A DNA stretch of 64,000 bases from Rhizophagus irregularis (GCF_026210795.1 NC_089431.1:3844001-3908000); one strand, 5' to 3'; positions 25,791 through 40,437 are shown, counted from the first letter of the stretch. The notes: generated by a model from the sequence alone, not told the origin. Numbers and translations: made by a program.

Positions 25791-28700
25791 ATTCAAATTC
25801 TTGTATTTGCATTTCAATCTCTATTTATTAGAATAAGGGCTATAATTTTTGAAAAATAATTTTAGGTATGTTATTTTCATCCAAATACTCATGTAAATTC
25901 CTATTATTTCTTAATAGTGTAATCTATATATAGTTAATAAGAATTATGAATATAATAAATCATGGGAGAAATATAGAATGTAGGGAAATGAAAAAATTAT
26001 TTTTTTTTAAAAAAAATAAAATTTATATATTTCTTTTTTTGTACATAATACATGTTTAAACTTTGTAAAGTTTACTTAAATTTTACGTCTACAATTTAAA
26101 TATTAATTTGATGAATTTCAGAAAGAAACATTATTTAATGGCATCTGCAAAAGTTAAAAGTATTTATTTATATTAGAAAGTCAAATTAAATTGATTTCTG
26201 GACCTACTTTATATAATAATTCAAGAATAAAGTATAATTTTATATTACATTTATTTTTTTTTTATGCTACCCAAATTAAATGTGATTTCTATTGTGACAA
26301 TACTAAAATTATATAAGCTTTTTATGTTCAAAAAAAAAATGAAAACTTTGTATATGGCGGTCGCATGGTAAATCAAGAAATATGTGGCTTTTACTTTACT
26401 GTAATATTTTTTTTAATCTAACGTTTTAAAAAAGCAATAGATTACTCTTTAAAGTAACCTGATTTAGTATCCAGAGTAAAAATCCGAGTTATGTTAGATT
26501 CTTATTTTTTTAATATAACATATGATTTATTTTAAGACATCCATTAATGCTTTTCAGTTCTTGACAAATTCTAATAAATATTATAAATATTTATTGATTA
26601 ACTCGATGGAAGTGTCTGCTAATCTTCAAAAATAGAGTCAGATCTTCTCACCTTTTTTTCATTGGTAATTTTTATAGTTAATTTATCATCCTAATGTCAT
26701 TTACCAAAGGCTTTGAAGTGAATAATATTATCAATCTATTCTTGTGAAAGTGATAATTTTTCTTTTTAGAAATTGAGTGTGTGAAAAACTAAATAGATTT
26801 AAATAACAACTGTATTTAAATTTATCAAGACAAATTTCGAAAAAAGTTAATTTGGTATTGAATTAATTTATGAAAAATTTCTAAACTCGCACGGTTTCTC
26901 ATGCACGTATCAGTCTTATCACATGGCTTTATAAAAGTTATGTAAAAAAAGGTTTAATAAACATAATTTTAAATAGATACGCAGTATGTGTATTTTTATC
27001 TGTTCTGCAAATTTACTTAAAGCGTCAATGTTAATTTTGAATGTTCAATTTTGGACTTATTTAACAAATTTGTTTTTTTTTTCTATTTTTTATTAAATTT
27101 AATTGTACCCAGTTCTTGTATGAGAGACAGATCAACACCAATCTACTTGAGAGGAAAATTTATCATTTACGAAAACTGGATATGGAATTTTAAGAAATCA
27201 TTTTTGAATTTTAAAAAATTATAAATTAAATCTTTATTACACGATTTAAGTTCGTAGGTACAGTATATACGTCATTGTAATAGTTGTGGGTGATCATACA
27301 TCGAATTTTTATAGAAATTTGAACAAATAATGGTTTTAATAATAAAACAATTTCCATTTACCAAACTATGGGACCATGTGATTTACCAGGGCAGTTCCCA
27401 TTCAATATTAATGACGTTCCACCAATATAATAAAGAGGAGTGTAAAGCATATTCAATTAGTTTATATTCCATTGATCTCTAATTAACATAATTATTAAAC
27501 CTGTTTTACCTGGAAAAATCAAGATAAGAAAAATCCTGGCATTTCAAAAATCCATACCACGTTCAAAAAAAAAAATGCCATGTCAATCTTTCCAAATGAC
27601 TTTGGATAGAAGCCAATCATTAACATACACGTTTGAAAAGTAACATTGAATAATTCATTCATTTTATGTTTAGTGTGATTGAGTTATTATTCATTATGAC
27701 GTAATTCATTTCAATATATTTTTTTTAATATTTTTATTAAAATTATTTTAATAATGATAATACTTATAAACCAAGAAAATCTATCTTATCATAACTTTTA
27801 TATACTGTAGTTAAGTTTCTTTCGGAAAAATATTTTATATTAATTTTGTTAAACCAATAAATCGACTACTTATTATGAAGAATATAAAAATTCATTATTA
27901 AATTTCTTTTAATAATTCTAAATTGTTTTTAAACACAAAATTTTATATATATAAGAAAAATAATTTTATTTTCTATAATCATATTGTATATAAACCAACA
28001 AAATGATATGTTCTACCCAATCAGATCACATTTTCATATTGAATATTAAATGATTATTAAAAAGTTGGTCCTGTCTTACTGATCAAATTAATTTTTGAAT
28101 TTTAATAGTTGCAAACTTAACTAAGGTAGTACAATCATACAATCAAAGTCATACTGGTCACACTTGGTTGCTTACTCTCGGCTGTGCTGTGTACAAATAA
28201 TTCGTCGAATATCATGTTATTGTGGCTATAATAATAATATGCACAGTATGATAATATAATAAATAAATTTATTAAACTGAAGAACTTTATAAGTGTAAAA
28301 AATTAAAATTAAATCCTATTATATCATAAATAAGTGGCTGATTATAACAAAGCCATTATTGAATAAAATTTATCAAATAACATTAGAATTTTCTTGAGAA
28401 AAAAATTTTTAAATAAATAAAAGCCATATCTATATATATATATATCCGAGTATTAATTTTAAAGTATGAATATTGCATAATAAAATTATTAATAATAAAT
28501 TTAAAAAATTGGTTAACAATTTATTGGTCCTGAACTCCTGATAATTACAATATTAACAAATTTGGTTTAACATTTCAATAATTACTGATGGGCTTTGTAA
28601 TTTTGCCATGCTTATTATTTATACTTTGCCACAAAAACTGATAATAAATAAAAAATTGATGCTAAGCCCATGTCAGTAAACTAAATTTAAGGATCTTTTT

Positions 28701-31700
28701 TTTCCTTTTCTCTCTTTAATTATTTGCATTTCCACTTTTTATTATAAATAATACTTTATATTTATTTGTACTAATTAAATAATGGACAGAATATATTTTT
28801 AAATGACAAGAACATAAGCAACTATAGAAAAATAATTCTATTCTTAATATTATTATCACTTCGAATTTAAATAATAATTATTGCCGAATTTAATCATTTG
28901 ACTCTATGCATACTTACAACTTAAATATTACTTATATGTATTAATTGGGTTATATCATTCACTATTAATTTAGAACTAATTTACTAAAAGCATCAATATT
29001 TATTAAGAAAAAGATGTGAAATATCAACTACAAATTTAAAAAAGTCTAAATCTTGTTAAGAATTTTCCAAAGATGATGATCATCAGTAAACAAAAGTTAT
29101 TTTTCTGTTAGAAACAAATTAAAAACAAACAATATATAGTATTATTATTCCTTTAAATTTAATGGTGGAAATTAACTGCATTTGATAGCCTTTTAAAGTT
29201 GCTGACTAATTCTATGCTAAGATAAAATCCAAATACTTAGACGATACTAGAATATTTGGAATCATATCATACAATTAAAGTTCAATAAAAAATAATCAGA
29301 ATCCGAAAATTCTTGACATTCTTCAATATGATACTAAAATGAATACTAGTGAAGGAAGCTTCCCTAGAAGAATGCAGTGTGAGTGTTAATAAGATTTTTG
29401 TTGGTTCTTTTATTCACAGGCACAATATATATAATGTTCTGAATGTATAATTACTGGACAGCCAATAAAAGCAACATTGCAACTACTACTGTAATTTTTA
29501 AAGTCAGATAGAAATCTATGAAATAATCAAAAAGAATTTATTAAAAAAATTCTTATAAATTTACCAATAAATTTTATTAAGACTGCATGATATTCAGCTT
29601 CCTCCAAAAATAAATCACAATTCGCTTCAAGGCTTTGAAAACCAAAAATAACTCGTCTTAAAGGGAGGTGTTAATTTTTGAAAAAAGTTCACCTGGATCG
29701 GGTGGTGTGGAACTTTTCTTTTTTATCACCTAAATAATTATAATTTAATTTTTGAATTTTTGAATAATATTTATATAACTTATTATTTAAATTTCAGTCA
29801 AGAACATCAAATTAAATCAAAAATGGACAAAAAAGACTTTAAGGATTCAAACTTTTGAAATTATAAGAAATTTAATTACAAAAGTGTTAACAGCACAATC
29901 AAAATTTTATGATTTGTGAAATATTGAAGTATTATTTGCTTGAAAAAAAAATAGAACTCCTCTATTTAATATTTTCATTCCAGAAATATAGAGTTTGAAT
30001 CGTAACACTTTAATTTTTATATTTCATATTTACAGTTTCTTATATAATTAAAAAAACTGGTGATTCATACTGTCAGTATATATCAGCTTTCCCATTGAAG
30101 TCACACCAATTTTACCGACCTATGAAGAAACTGTAACTATGGACGATAAATTTGAAGCACTATTAGAAGCCATAAAATGGTCAAAAAATTAAGCAATAGG
30201 CAGATGTATTTGGTGAATGTATACTTCCTAAGTGGGGACAAATGCGTTGTGAAGTCATTATGTGCAGTGATTGACACCTCATTATTGTATCACTTTCTAT
30301 TACCAATGTGTATATTATTTCACAAGTTTAAAGATAAACTTATTTTAATTCAGCTATGGCTTGATATTAATTAAACCAAAGGAACAACCAGATTTACTAA
30401 TAGTTACAGATATTGGATATTACAATTAAAATGCAATTATTTTCTCAATACCTAGTATTAACAACACCTTAACATTAGTTTATAAGTTAAATATTTAAAG
30501 CAATGTTTAAAGAGGAGAGTTCAAGAAAAATAAAATCAAGATACACTCTAAGCTATATTATCAAATTATTAGGATATTATAAGGCTGGGATTTTTTGGGC
30601 TCTTTAAATGAGTTGCATATTCATCTATGGCATGTATCCATCAGGAAGAGGACTAACCTACACTAGTATTGTTATAATATGAATATGCATATTTGTATCA
30701 ATTTACAACTTTCTCATTAAAAAAGAAGAATCAAAAAGGATGAAAATCCAGTAGACAAAGAATCAAAGATATTCTACAAGCAAAACTGCAAATTTAAATA
30801 TACAGACTATATTGAATTGTTATTAAAGTTAAATATTCATTTACAGATGATATATTATAGACAATTGTTGGGTTATTCCATATTACTGACATAATAAATT
30901 CAGTATTTTATTAATTAATTGTATTACCTGACCTTATTATTGGTTAATAATTCCTTAGATGTCCTTGTAATAAGTCAATATTCCTTCTAATGAATGGCCT
31001 ACAACACATTTAAAACAAATGATCTCATTTATATCATGACAATATTGCAACTTATCACCCATTTTTGAACGAGAAGTTTACTTCACTTTTTTTGTTCACT
31101 CATTCTCATGATATTATGACTAAATGTAAGTTCAAATATTGCAGGAGCTGCTCATGCAATTATTAATAGAGAAGACATTAATTTGAAATTACAAATAAAA
31201 ATAAAAAGCATGAAGCTTTTATAAAACTACCAGATGTTTTAGAATTATTAGATGCTTGTACTCCCATCAATATTTTAGAATACAATTTCAAATAAACTAA
31301 CTTTATGAAAGAGTTAGAAGAAAAACTTGAAGATAATTTCAATTCTTCTGAAAGATATTTGGATTAATCTGGCTTTTAATTCTTATGAAATCACTAAATG
31401 AAGGAATTTTTCATTATTTTTGCCATCAAAATGAATGATAATGATAACATTAATAATAATAATAAGTATGATTTCATCAAAAATGTAGAAATGTGAAGAC
31501 TGCCTTAAAAATTTACAAAAAACATTTAGTTACAACAAAGAATCACTCAGAAACAATACAGACTACAGACCTTAAAAACATAATATTTTAAATTTAATTG
31601 TAAAAAATACTAATGAATACTATGCAATGGCAATTAACTAGTAATATAGTTTTTCAGATAATTGAAATTAACAAACTCTACATAGAACTACACAATTTTA

Positions 31701-32328
31701 ATATTATGTAAGATATTATAGAGTAACTAATAAACCACACCATACAAGATTATTTTTGACATTAAAACTCTTAGATTCTATAGAAATTAGTAATTATATA
31801 TAGGATCTGACAATATAAAGGTGTAAATTATTAATTAAAATGATATGTAGATTAGTAAAAACATATGATTATAAAGATGTAATCATATATAAGGAATGAT
31901 GATTATATGGAGGTTTGACTATAATAGTAAACAGTACATTGTGAAAATGCATGGATGGAACATTTATTTAAAAGTAATATTTCTGTGGATGATAAAGATA
32001 TGACTGATGAACATGTTCAAAGTAATCAGAAAATAATATTATATGCTTTATATCAATATCTTTACCAAAGAGAAAATTTTTTCATTTATAATTTATATAG
32101 AAATACAAGCTACATTAATCCCAAAAAAATTTCAGCTAGATAAGTTTACAATATTGGCAGATTTTTCATCAAATAGAATATTCTTGAAGTATATATCTAT
32201 AGAAATTTTTATAGAAATTGAAAATTCAAAAAAAAGAATGCAATTTCAAAAAACATATGTGAATATTATAAATACATTTTTCTCATCTTAAGGAAAAATA
32301 TTTAAAACTTAAATTTATTTCTGTTTAG

Positions 32329-32522
32329 TGCAGAGCAACAAAGTGTTGCTAGTGCTGATAGAAAGGGAGATCAAAAACAGGGTAAAAAACCTGATGTTAT
32401 GTTTATGGAATGTAGTGAAAAAAAATTCTACAAACTTATATTGGTGGAATCTTCATGCATAGTCTGCACCAAAATCAAAGAAGAGAATGACAGTGTAAAA
32501 CTGTGGAGAGAAATGAACAATG
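32329..32522 (+). pseudogene. Relic exon of a PD-(D/E)xK-like (restriction-endonuclease-fold) protein
   Basis: After a ttag acceptor the frame reads AEQQSVASADRKGDQKQGKKPDVMFMECSEKKFYKLILVESSCIVCTKIKEENDSVKLWREMN, with E..S, PD, hydrophobic-E-S and D..KL motifs. Flanking frames are broken. Confidence 0.6.
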
Positions 32523-33156
32523 AATTTCACATGGAAAAGTTTCAGTCTGAAGATGAGGTATTAGAAGGATTAACATGATTTTCATTTCCTAACAATTTAA
32601 AAGATCAATTAAAGAAAATGATAAGATAGCTTGGGTCCATAAAGGATGCAAACCAGATAAAAATGAGTTTGGGTTCTAGGGCTCTAAATTTCTGGAAAAC
32701 AATGTATCTGAATATTCTAGTCTGATTAAAGATATTCTTTTCCAATACAACCAGCTTCTGATGGGATGATACATTATTATTACTTTTACGAAATATTACA
32801 ATTGTTAATATTTCTTTATTGTTAAATGCACTAGAAGCTAGATCAGAATGACTCAAGTGAAAAAGCTTTACAGTATCTTCTGATCCAAAATAATTAGATA
32901 TTTTTAAAATGTATTCTAAAAAAATTAGGGGATTTTTTTGATCAGTTAATATAAGTTCATTCAATTAAAATTTTCTCGTGATCTCATCTCAATCATTAAA
33001 ATGATTAAAGTGGGTTGGTTAGGGTTAGGGATTTTATTATAATGGTGATGCACTTGATTGTGAAAATTAATAAAATCTCCTTTTTTTTAGGTAGTATACA
33101 AAATTTGTGAAAAGAATATGAACAGATTTATTGAAAAAGAAACCTGTATGGGCATT

Positions 33157-33518
33157 TTCGCTGAGGATAAACAATTAGAAAATGTTTTTATCCAATGGGT
33201 GTCTCAGTGTGATGATCGTCGCAGAGTGTATACTGATGCATTCATATTCACGTATGATATTGCTATGAAGAAAAAAAAAATGGATCAAGTTAATCAATTG
33301 GCAAAAAAATGGTCTTTTTTGCTCTTGAGCTCAGATATTTGCTGAGGATACACAATTAGAAAATGTTCTTATCTAATGGGTGTCTCAGTGTGATGATCAT
33401 CGCAGAGTGTGTACTGATGCATTCATATTCATGTACAATATTGCTATGAAGAAAAAAAAAATGGATCAAGTTAATCAATTGGCAAAAAAATGGTCTTTTT
33501 TGCTCTTGAGCTCAGATA
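33157..33518 (+). repeat. Tandem duplication of a 181-bp coding-like unit
   Basis: 33157-33337 and 33338-33518 are near-identical; this explains the twin ORFs 33118-33345 and 33380-33592. Confidence 0.92.
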
Positions 33519-34317
33519 ATGTGGAACAAGAGTTAATAATTAAGTTCACATTGAACCAACAGTATTGTGGCAAGATAAACTTTTTTAATTGATAAAAAAT
33601 AAAACTAATTAAATTAATTAAATTATTTACTTTATAGATTCTTTTTTCTTTTTCAGATTTTTTTTTCTTTTTTTTTCTTTTTTTCTTCTCTTTTCTTTTG
33701 TTTTTTATAAATTCAATCAAATATATTTCAATTAATAAAAGCATTTGAAACCTAAAAAAAAAAATTGAATACTTTTCTGTATTTATAATATGTGTATTTA
33801 TCGAAATATAAAAGATTTATTAATAATAAATTTGTTAATGATGTCACTCATTGAAATTAATTATTATTATTATAATTTTTTTTTGAGAGATTTTAATTAT
33901 GGTTCACAGAACTATACATAAAAAAGATAGGGTATTGGTTATTTGTTATATTACATTTGATTTTATAATAAATAAAATAATAATTAAAGGAAATCGGTCA
34001 GTAATAGAAGTACCATTTAGTACTGAACCACTAGATATTAGAAGGGTTATTTGGTAAAATGTCAAAAATAACTCTTATTATGTTAAAAAAAAACGTTTCC
34101 TATATATTTTTTAGATAGCATTGAAAGGGTCTAAAAAAAATCTTTTTATTATTATAATTTTAATTCTTATTTATTTATTACAGTTTTTATTGGACATTCT
34201 GTGTTATTTTATTTACTACCTTTGATGAGATTATGTACTGTATCTTTAAAGGGTTATAGCTATAGATAAACATGCTGAGTTTAGACAATTTTAGTATTAT
34301 AAGAAAGAGTCTTATTG

Positions 34318-35135
34318 AGTTATAAAATAAAATGTTATAATAGAATTTTGCATATATAACCATTTATATATTTTATTAATTTTATTTTTAATCTTTAATT
34401 TTAGATTTTTTAATTTATTTTTTTTATTCAATTTTTAATTTTAATATTTCTATGGTATTTTTTAATACTTAAAGTGCAATCAGTTTGCTAAGATAAACCA
34501 AGCATTTATTTTTTTTTTATATAAAAACTTTTATTAGAGAATTTTTTGGTAAAGAATTTTGTTGGAAAAAGTTTATTAGAAATTTTAATGGGATTTTATA
34601 TTTGAAGAGTTTTGGAAGTTTTTTATAGAAAATTTTATTGGTAAAATGTTTTTTTTATTAGTAAAGTTTTATAATAAAAAATGTGTTGGATTTTATTTTA
34701 TAAAGTTTTTTCTTTTAATAAGAAATTAAAGAATTTGAAGTATAAAATAAAATGTTATAATAAAATTTTGCATATATGATTTTTTATATATTTTACTATA
34801 GTATTTTAATTTTAATATTTATATAGTATTTTTTAATTTTTTTAAAATATAAATAGTTTATTAAGATAGGCAAAGCATTTATTTTTTTATATAAACTTTT
34901 ATTAAAAATTTTTTGTTAAAGAATTTTATTGGAAAATTTTTTTTTTAATATAAGATTTTTTTTTCTATAAAAAATTTTATTAAAAGTTTTAATGAGATTT
35001 TTTTATCACAAAAAATTTTATTGGTAAAATATTTTTTTTATTAGTGAATTTTTATAATAAAAAATGTATTAGTAAATTTTATTTTATAAAGATTTTTCTT
35101 TAATAAGAAATTAAAAGAATTTAAAATTATAAAAT
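34318..35135. repeat. Diverged tandem duplication of ~400-bp extremely AT-rich units
   Basis: tataaaataaaatgttataata.aattttgcatatat at 34321 and 34741; other shared blocks include aagcatttattttttt, aattttattggtaaaat and tttttctttaataagaaattaaa. Confidence 0.8.
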
Positions 35136-35353
35136 AGTATACATTACAGGATAAGTTGTTTACTGAGCCGAATTATTGTAATGTCAGCCAGTATCCAAAA
35201 AAGATAATAATATTTCAGTAGGAATTATCACAAAAGCACATGGTCTTATAATAACGCATAACTTTATATACTGTAAATCTTTAATCTTGGCCAATTCTAT
35301 AGATTAGCAATATGGCTGTGTAATTATTATATAAATAAAAGTTTTTGATGTAT

Positions 35354-35470
35354 TTTACATAATTCAAATGCTACTTTATTAACTTCAGTTCCAATTCCTT
35401 TATCATGGTGACATCCAAGTTGATATTGTGCCTTTTTCTGCTGCTATTTTATATAATTCAAATACTTTCG
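35354..35470 (-). pseudogene. Sel1-like repeat relic
   Basis: Minus strand reads FELYKIAAEKG then, frameshifted, AQYQLGCHHDKGIGTEVNKVAFELCK, matching the Sel1 consensus AQYxLGxxYxxGxG. Confidence 0.75.
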
Positions 35471-35725
35471 TTATTTTTAAAGTTTTAATTTCATATGTTC
35501 GTGTCAATCATACAGTGTAACCTACTAAAATGAAAAAATGTTTTCATCTATTTGAAATATAAATCTAAAAAATACATATTATTTATATTATACAAGACGT
35601 AAATTTTTTTCGATGTGCATTTACGTTGAGCTATAAATACAAACTATTAAAAATAATTCGTGCAGAAAGTCAAAATATTCCAATTCGCTATACCCGAATA
35701 AATTGATATAAATCATGTGGTCAAT

Positions 35726-35938
35726 AGGACCCCAAAATATACATAAAAGGGTCAGGTCAAAGTTTGTGTATAATGAGTCAAAAAAATCATGTAGATCATT
35801 CCTTCTATGGATAATCCCAGCCAAAATAATATTTCCTAATTTAGATAATGGCTGAAATTATCGTAATTCCGGCCCTGAAAGAATGCGTATTTTGGACCAC
35901 TTCTGAACCTGACCTCTACATATATATTTCGGGGTCCT
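35726..35938. mobile_element. MITE with AGGACCC TIR and exact 8-bp TSD
   Basis: aggaccccaaaatatacata / tatatatttcggggtcct; TSD tggtcaat at 35718-35725 and 35939-35946. Same family as 59451-59671 in the opposite orientation. Confidence 0.85.
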
Positions 35939-37768
35939 TGGTCAATAATGAAATCATTTATGTTATTGTTATTGGACCTAGAAGTGGTAGTAAATATTAT
36001 AATCTTTTATTTTATTTTTTATAAAATTTTATTTCTTTTTTTTTATACTTTTACTCACTAAACGACACATAATTATTATAATATCAAACTCAAACTAATC
36101 TTAAGTTTTATTGTATTTATCTTTCTGTATAATACCATTGAATAAATTATAAATGATCGATATACGCTTTAAAGTCCAATCTACAAGGAATTTTAAATCG
36201 AATTTTCATTTTTTTGGTTGAGTTAAAAAATCACTGATAATCATGATATAATTTTTGGTTTAACATTAAACTAAACGTATTTATTCGTGAATTACTTTAT
36301 TAACTATAATTTTACAGCTTATCAAAACCAGTGACTTAAGACAAATATTTTTACTTTTGTTTTTACGCTCAATCTTTTGATTTGGATATTGTGGGAAAAT
36401 ATACTATATCATGATATCCTATTCATTATTAATTTATTATTATAGTTCCATAAATGATGAAAGTACATTCAATAGTGATACTTTTACTAAAAATATTGAT
36501 CAATTCTTAAAATATTTTCGTTGACTAGTAAAGAGACGGTATTAAAAAGATTTTTCTTATATAAATTATCAAAGATTCATATTTTATGAATTTTTATATT
36601 GATCTTTTTCATAAAATTGACTAATAATTTAATTATAGAATTCATGTGATGTAAAAAGTTTTTAGAAATGATCACGTGTCTGAGTTTCTTCGGAATAAAA
36701 ACTAGAAAAATGATCACTTATCGAAGTTTTTTCCGAAATTTTTTTTATAGGGGATTAGGGGATGATTGAATTAAATTTAGACTTTTCTGAATATATTAAT
36801 AGGGCGATCATTTTATTATATTCATTTTCATTATAACGCGCGGTATCACGTAGGAGTGTAGGACTATAGAACATTCCCAAATCCCAATAAACTAATCAAT
36901 GAAATTTTACCTACTATTAATTTTTTTTTTATTTAGCTTTTTTTTTATTTTTTTTTCAAACCAAAAAATTTGTTTTTTCTCGTTCTTTTCCCGTTTAGGT
37001 TTAATTTTTTTTCCCAAACTGGAAAATTATTATTAATTTTTTTTTATTAAATAATCCTATTGTTTCGGTCTTTTATGACCAATTTTTTTTATATTATTTT
37101 TTCGATTTTTTTTTTTTAGACCGTAGTTATTTTTTTAAAAATTTATTTTTCACTCTTTTTGGACCGAATTATTGTCTTTTTTTTTCGGTACTTATTTTTT
37201 TTTTTTTTTTTTTTTTTTTCAGATTCCTTTTTTTTCAGAAATTTCCCTTTTTTAAAACCGGTTTCTTTCTTTATCCTTTTTCTTTTCCCCAAATTTTTTT
37301 TTTAATTTTCTTTTAAAGAAATAAAGTATTATATTAAATATATTTATAAAATTATTATTTTTTTTAAAAAAAAATCAAGTAACATGTAGGAAAATTGACT
37401 GACGTTGATAAAAAGATGATTGAGGTTTTTTCAATTAAATTGAACGCTGGATAAATAGTTTGATTTTCAAATTCATAAAAATCAAAAAAAAATTGATATT
37501 TTTACAATATTTTATAATTAATTAATGGAAGAAATTGTTGATTTAATAATAGATTATTATAACCAAATCCATATTCGAAATGAACAAATTCTAATATATT
37601 TAATTGTTCAAATAATTTTCCTAAGTTGGTTATAAGTTTTAGATTTACGTAATATAAAATAATAAGAAATAATCATAAAATTTGTAATTAATTAATAAAA
37701 ATATTTGTAGTATTTTCATAATATTAAAATTTTTTTGAAAATACTTCTAAAAAAATCAATCAATTTTT

Positions 37769-37899
37769 ATTGATGATTATTTTTTTCACAATCCTTAATT
37801 AATCCGAATTTCATTATACATTCAAACGTCAAATATTGATGATTATTTTTTCACAATCCTTAATTAATCCGAATTTCATTATACATTCAAACGTCAAAT
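37769..37899. repeat. Tandem duplication, ~66-bp unit x2
   Basis: attgatgattattttttt?cacaatccttaattaatccgaatttcattatacattcaaacgtcaaat occurs twice head to tail. Confidence 0.9.
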
Positions 37900-39131
37900 C
37901 ATTAAGTAAATATAATTTAATACATATTATTCACAAAAAACTGTTGTAACCATTGTAACCATACTTAGTATTACATTATTATAATACTAAATTTCTATTT
38001 AAACAAACTCATTGGTCCCCAGTACGAAGCTCATGACTTACATCATAAAGAGTAAGATATCTATTTATTACTGGATTTCAACAATTAAATAAAAAATTTT
38101 TTTTGGAAAATATAAAAATAATTTTACAAAATACAAATTCTATAAATTTAAGCTTAAGCTTATTGATTACCGATTAAGGTACCTTAAAATTGATAAATTA
38201 ATTAATTTACAGTAATCAATTATTTAATTCAGCCTATTAATTAACCGGCTATAAATTTTAATTTCGTTTTGACAAGTTTTTTAACCCAATTAAAATATTT
38301 TATAAAAACTCGAGAAATTTAAGATAATTTTAAAAACAACCATTTATTTTATTATGATATTATAATTAATTTAAATATTTTTTATAAATTTCACCGAGTT
38401 ATAATGTTATTTATAAGCAATAATTAAAATGTCATGTGATACATAGTAAATAAAAATTTGGGCTCGGGACAAGCTATTAAAAATAAAAATAGAATCAAAA
38501 ATTAATCGTAAATTAACTTATTAGTTTATATTTTTATGATTGTCATTTTTTTATCGAAAGTGGCACAGCAAATTTATTAAAAAAATCAATTTGAGAATTT
38601 TATTCAAGTTACGTACGAAAGTTTAAAGTTTGTTTTATCAATAATGCTCATCAATCATCATGGTCATTCCTGTTTAATATTTTCTATTCTCGGATGTTGT
38701 GAAAAAGAGACTTACCAAGTGATCTGTGAAGTACTAAATAAATTCAATACCAAATAATGATATCCGTTTATTCCCTTTTATTTAATGCATTGTATACTTA
38801 AAATTCTGCCAAATCTTTATTTTATATTTATTTTTCTATTTCTTTTTTTATTTGTGCAACATGTTAAACAATGTTTTACTAGTAAACCTATGATACCTAC
38901 TTCACCCACTGTACAACGTCAACTATTGCATAAAGAGAAAATTAAGCAATGAGCAATAAGTATCATCATATTCACAAATTATTATATGTTCGCTTTTCAA
39001 ATTGATTATTTGAAAGTTTCACTAATTTTTTTGCTATTAATGTGGTCATTACTAAAGTTTCCCAATTGTAGTAATCATACAAATTCGCCTAATTTTTTGC
39101 TCTTTTTAAAGATATCTATTAAACTTACAAT

Positions 39132-39912
39132 TAGTGCTCCGAATGATACGAGTCAACCCAGGTTAATTTGACTTGACTCGACTTTTAAATCGGGTCGGTA
39201 CTAACGATTTTTAATGACCTGTGACCCGCATGACCTGCATGACCCGACCCACCGGGTCGGGTTATAAATTTCCTTGACCCGGGTTTGACCCGGGTTTGAC
39301 CCGAATCGACCCGGATGTTTTTAATTCTGGGAAAATTATAATTTTGGCCAAAATTAAGCCAAGAATTAGTTTTAACAAATATTAACATAGCTTAATCAGA
39401 AAAATAAAAAAATTAACCTTTGGCTTTTGAGAATAATATTTTTCTGATAGCTTTAGAATTCCAATTTATCTTTGATTTGAATATCTGCTAATTATTTTGC
39501 CTAATTCTTTGACTTTTATTATATTAAACCAGGTTCAAAATTCGTATTTTTAATTTTATTTTATTTAATTAGTCTAGGAGAAAATAAGAGCTAGTGTTAC
39601 ATGTTTTGTATAACCATACATGATACAAATTTCAGGTGGCTACTAGTGGTTAATCACTAAGTTGCCTTTTTTTCAAATAAAAAAAATTAATTTTGTTATT
39701 ATTATAAGAAAATCTCACATATAAGTTAGTACCCATTTTACTTAAATGTTCGGTTTAACCCAGGTTACACGAGTTAAATTATACTCGGTCGAGTCAAGGG
39801 TCGGGTTACGAAAATATGAGACCCGAATAAATACGAGTCTTATATTTTTTTATTCAGATCGGGTCGAATATTTCCTCAAAACCTGACCCGACTTGACCCG
39901 GTAGGAGCACTA
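39132..39912. mobile_element. Non-autonomous hAT DNA transposon (781 bp)
   Basis: TIR tagtgctcc / ggagcacta; exact 8-bp TSD cttacaat (39124-39131, 39913-39920); dense subterminal GACCCG/CGGGTC repeats at both ends. Confidence 0.92.
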
Positions 39913-40211
39913 CTTACAATAAAATTTTAAATTAATTTGTAAGCTTTAGTAATATCCTTTTTGATTTCTTCTTGATATATTCACATCCTGTTTTGGATGA
40001 TATATGGGAGAAGTATAAATATTTAAGTTATAACGAAATAAAAATGTATAAGAGTTTTTTAATACGAACCTCTTCATTTAGGTAAGTACCTTATTATATA
40101 ATGATCCTTGTTTTTTCTGTTAATATAATTGTAAATATAATCTAAAATCTAATATTCATAGTTCCAAGAAAGCTTCATCATTTGTATCATTCAATATAGG
40201 TGGATTTGGCT

Positions 40212-40437
40212 TAGGGATTGGAATCGATTAATCGAAAATCGACAAAACATAGTAAAATCGATTCTCGAGAATTGATTCTCAGCAATTTTTTACATATAAG
40301 CTAACCTGACTCCAAAGTAATTTTTCATGCCGGCCAAGTGCTGATTATTTTCGTTGAAATTAGAAACTGATTCAAAATTGGGTTGGTCGTCTATAAGAAA
40401 AATCTTGAAAAGATTCGATTTTTGATTTCAATCCCTA
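40212..40437. mobile_element. hAT-like MITE (226 bp) upstream of a kinase
   Basis: TIR tagggattggaatcga / ttgatttcaatcccta; exact 8-bp TSD atttggct (40204-40211, 40438-40445). Confidence 0.9.

Noticed and set aside
33018..33030. Telomere-like ttagggttaggg
   Set aside because: Only two units; not enough to call an interstitial telomere.
33157..33518. Possible CRISPR-like or functional repeat array (also 37769-37899 and 54090-54172)
   Set aside because: Only two copies each, no series of unique spacers, eukaryotic context; simple duplications.
39185..39388. 67-aa ORF
   Set aside because: Lies in the GC-rich subterminal repeats of a hAT element; no transposase motifs.
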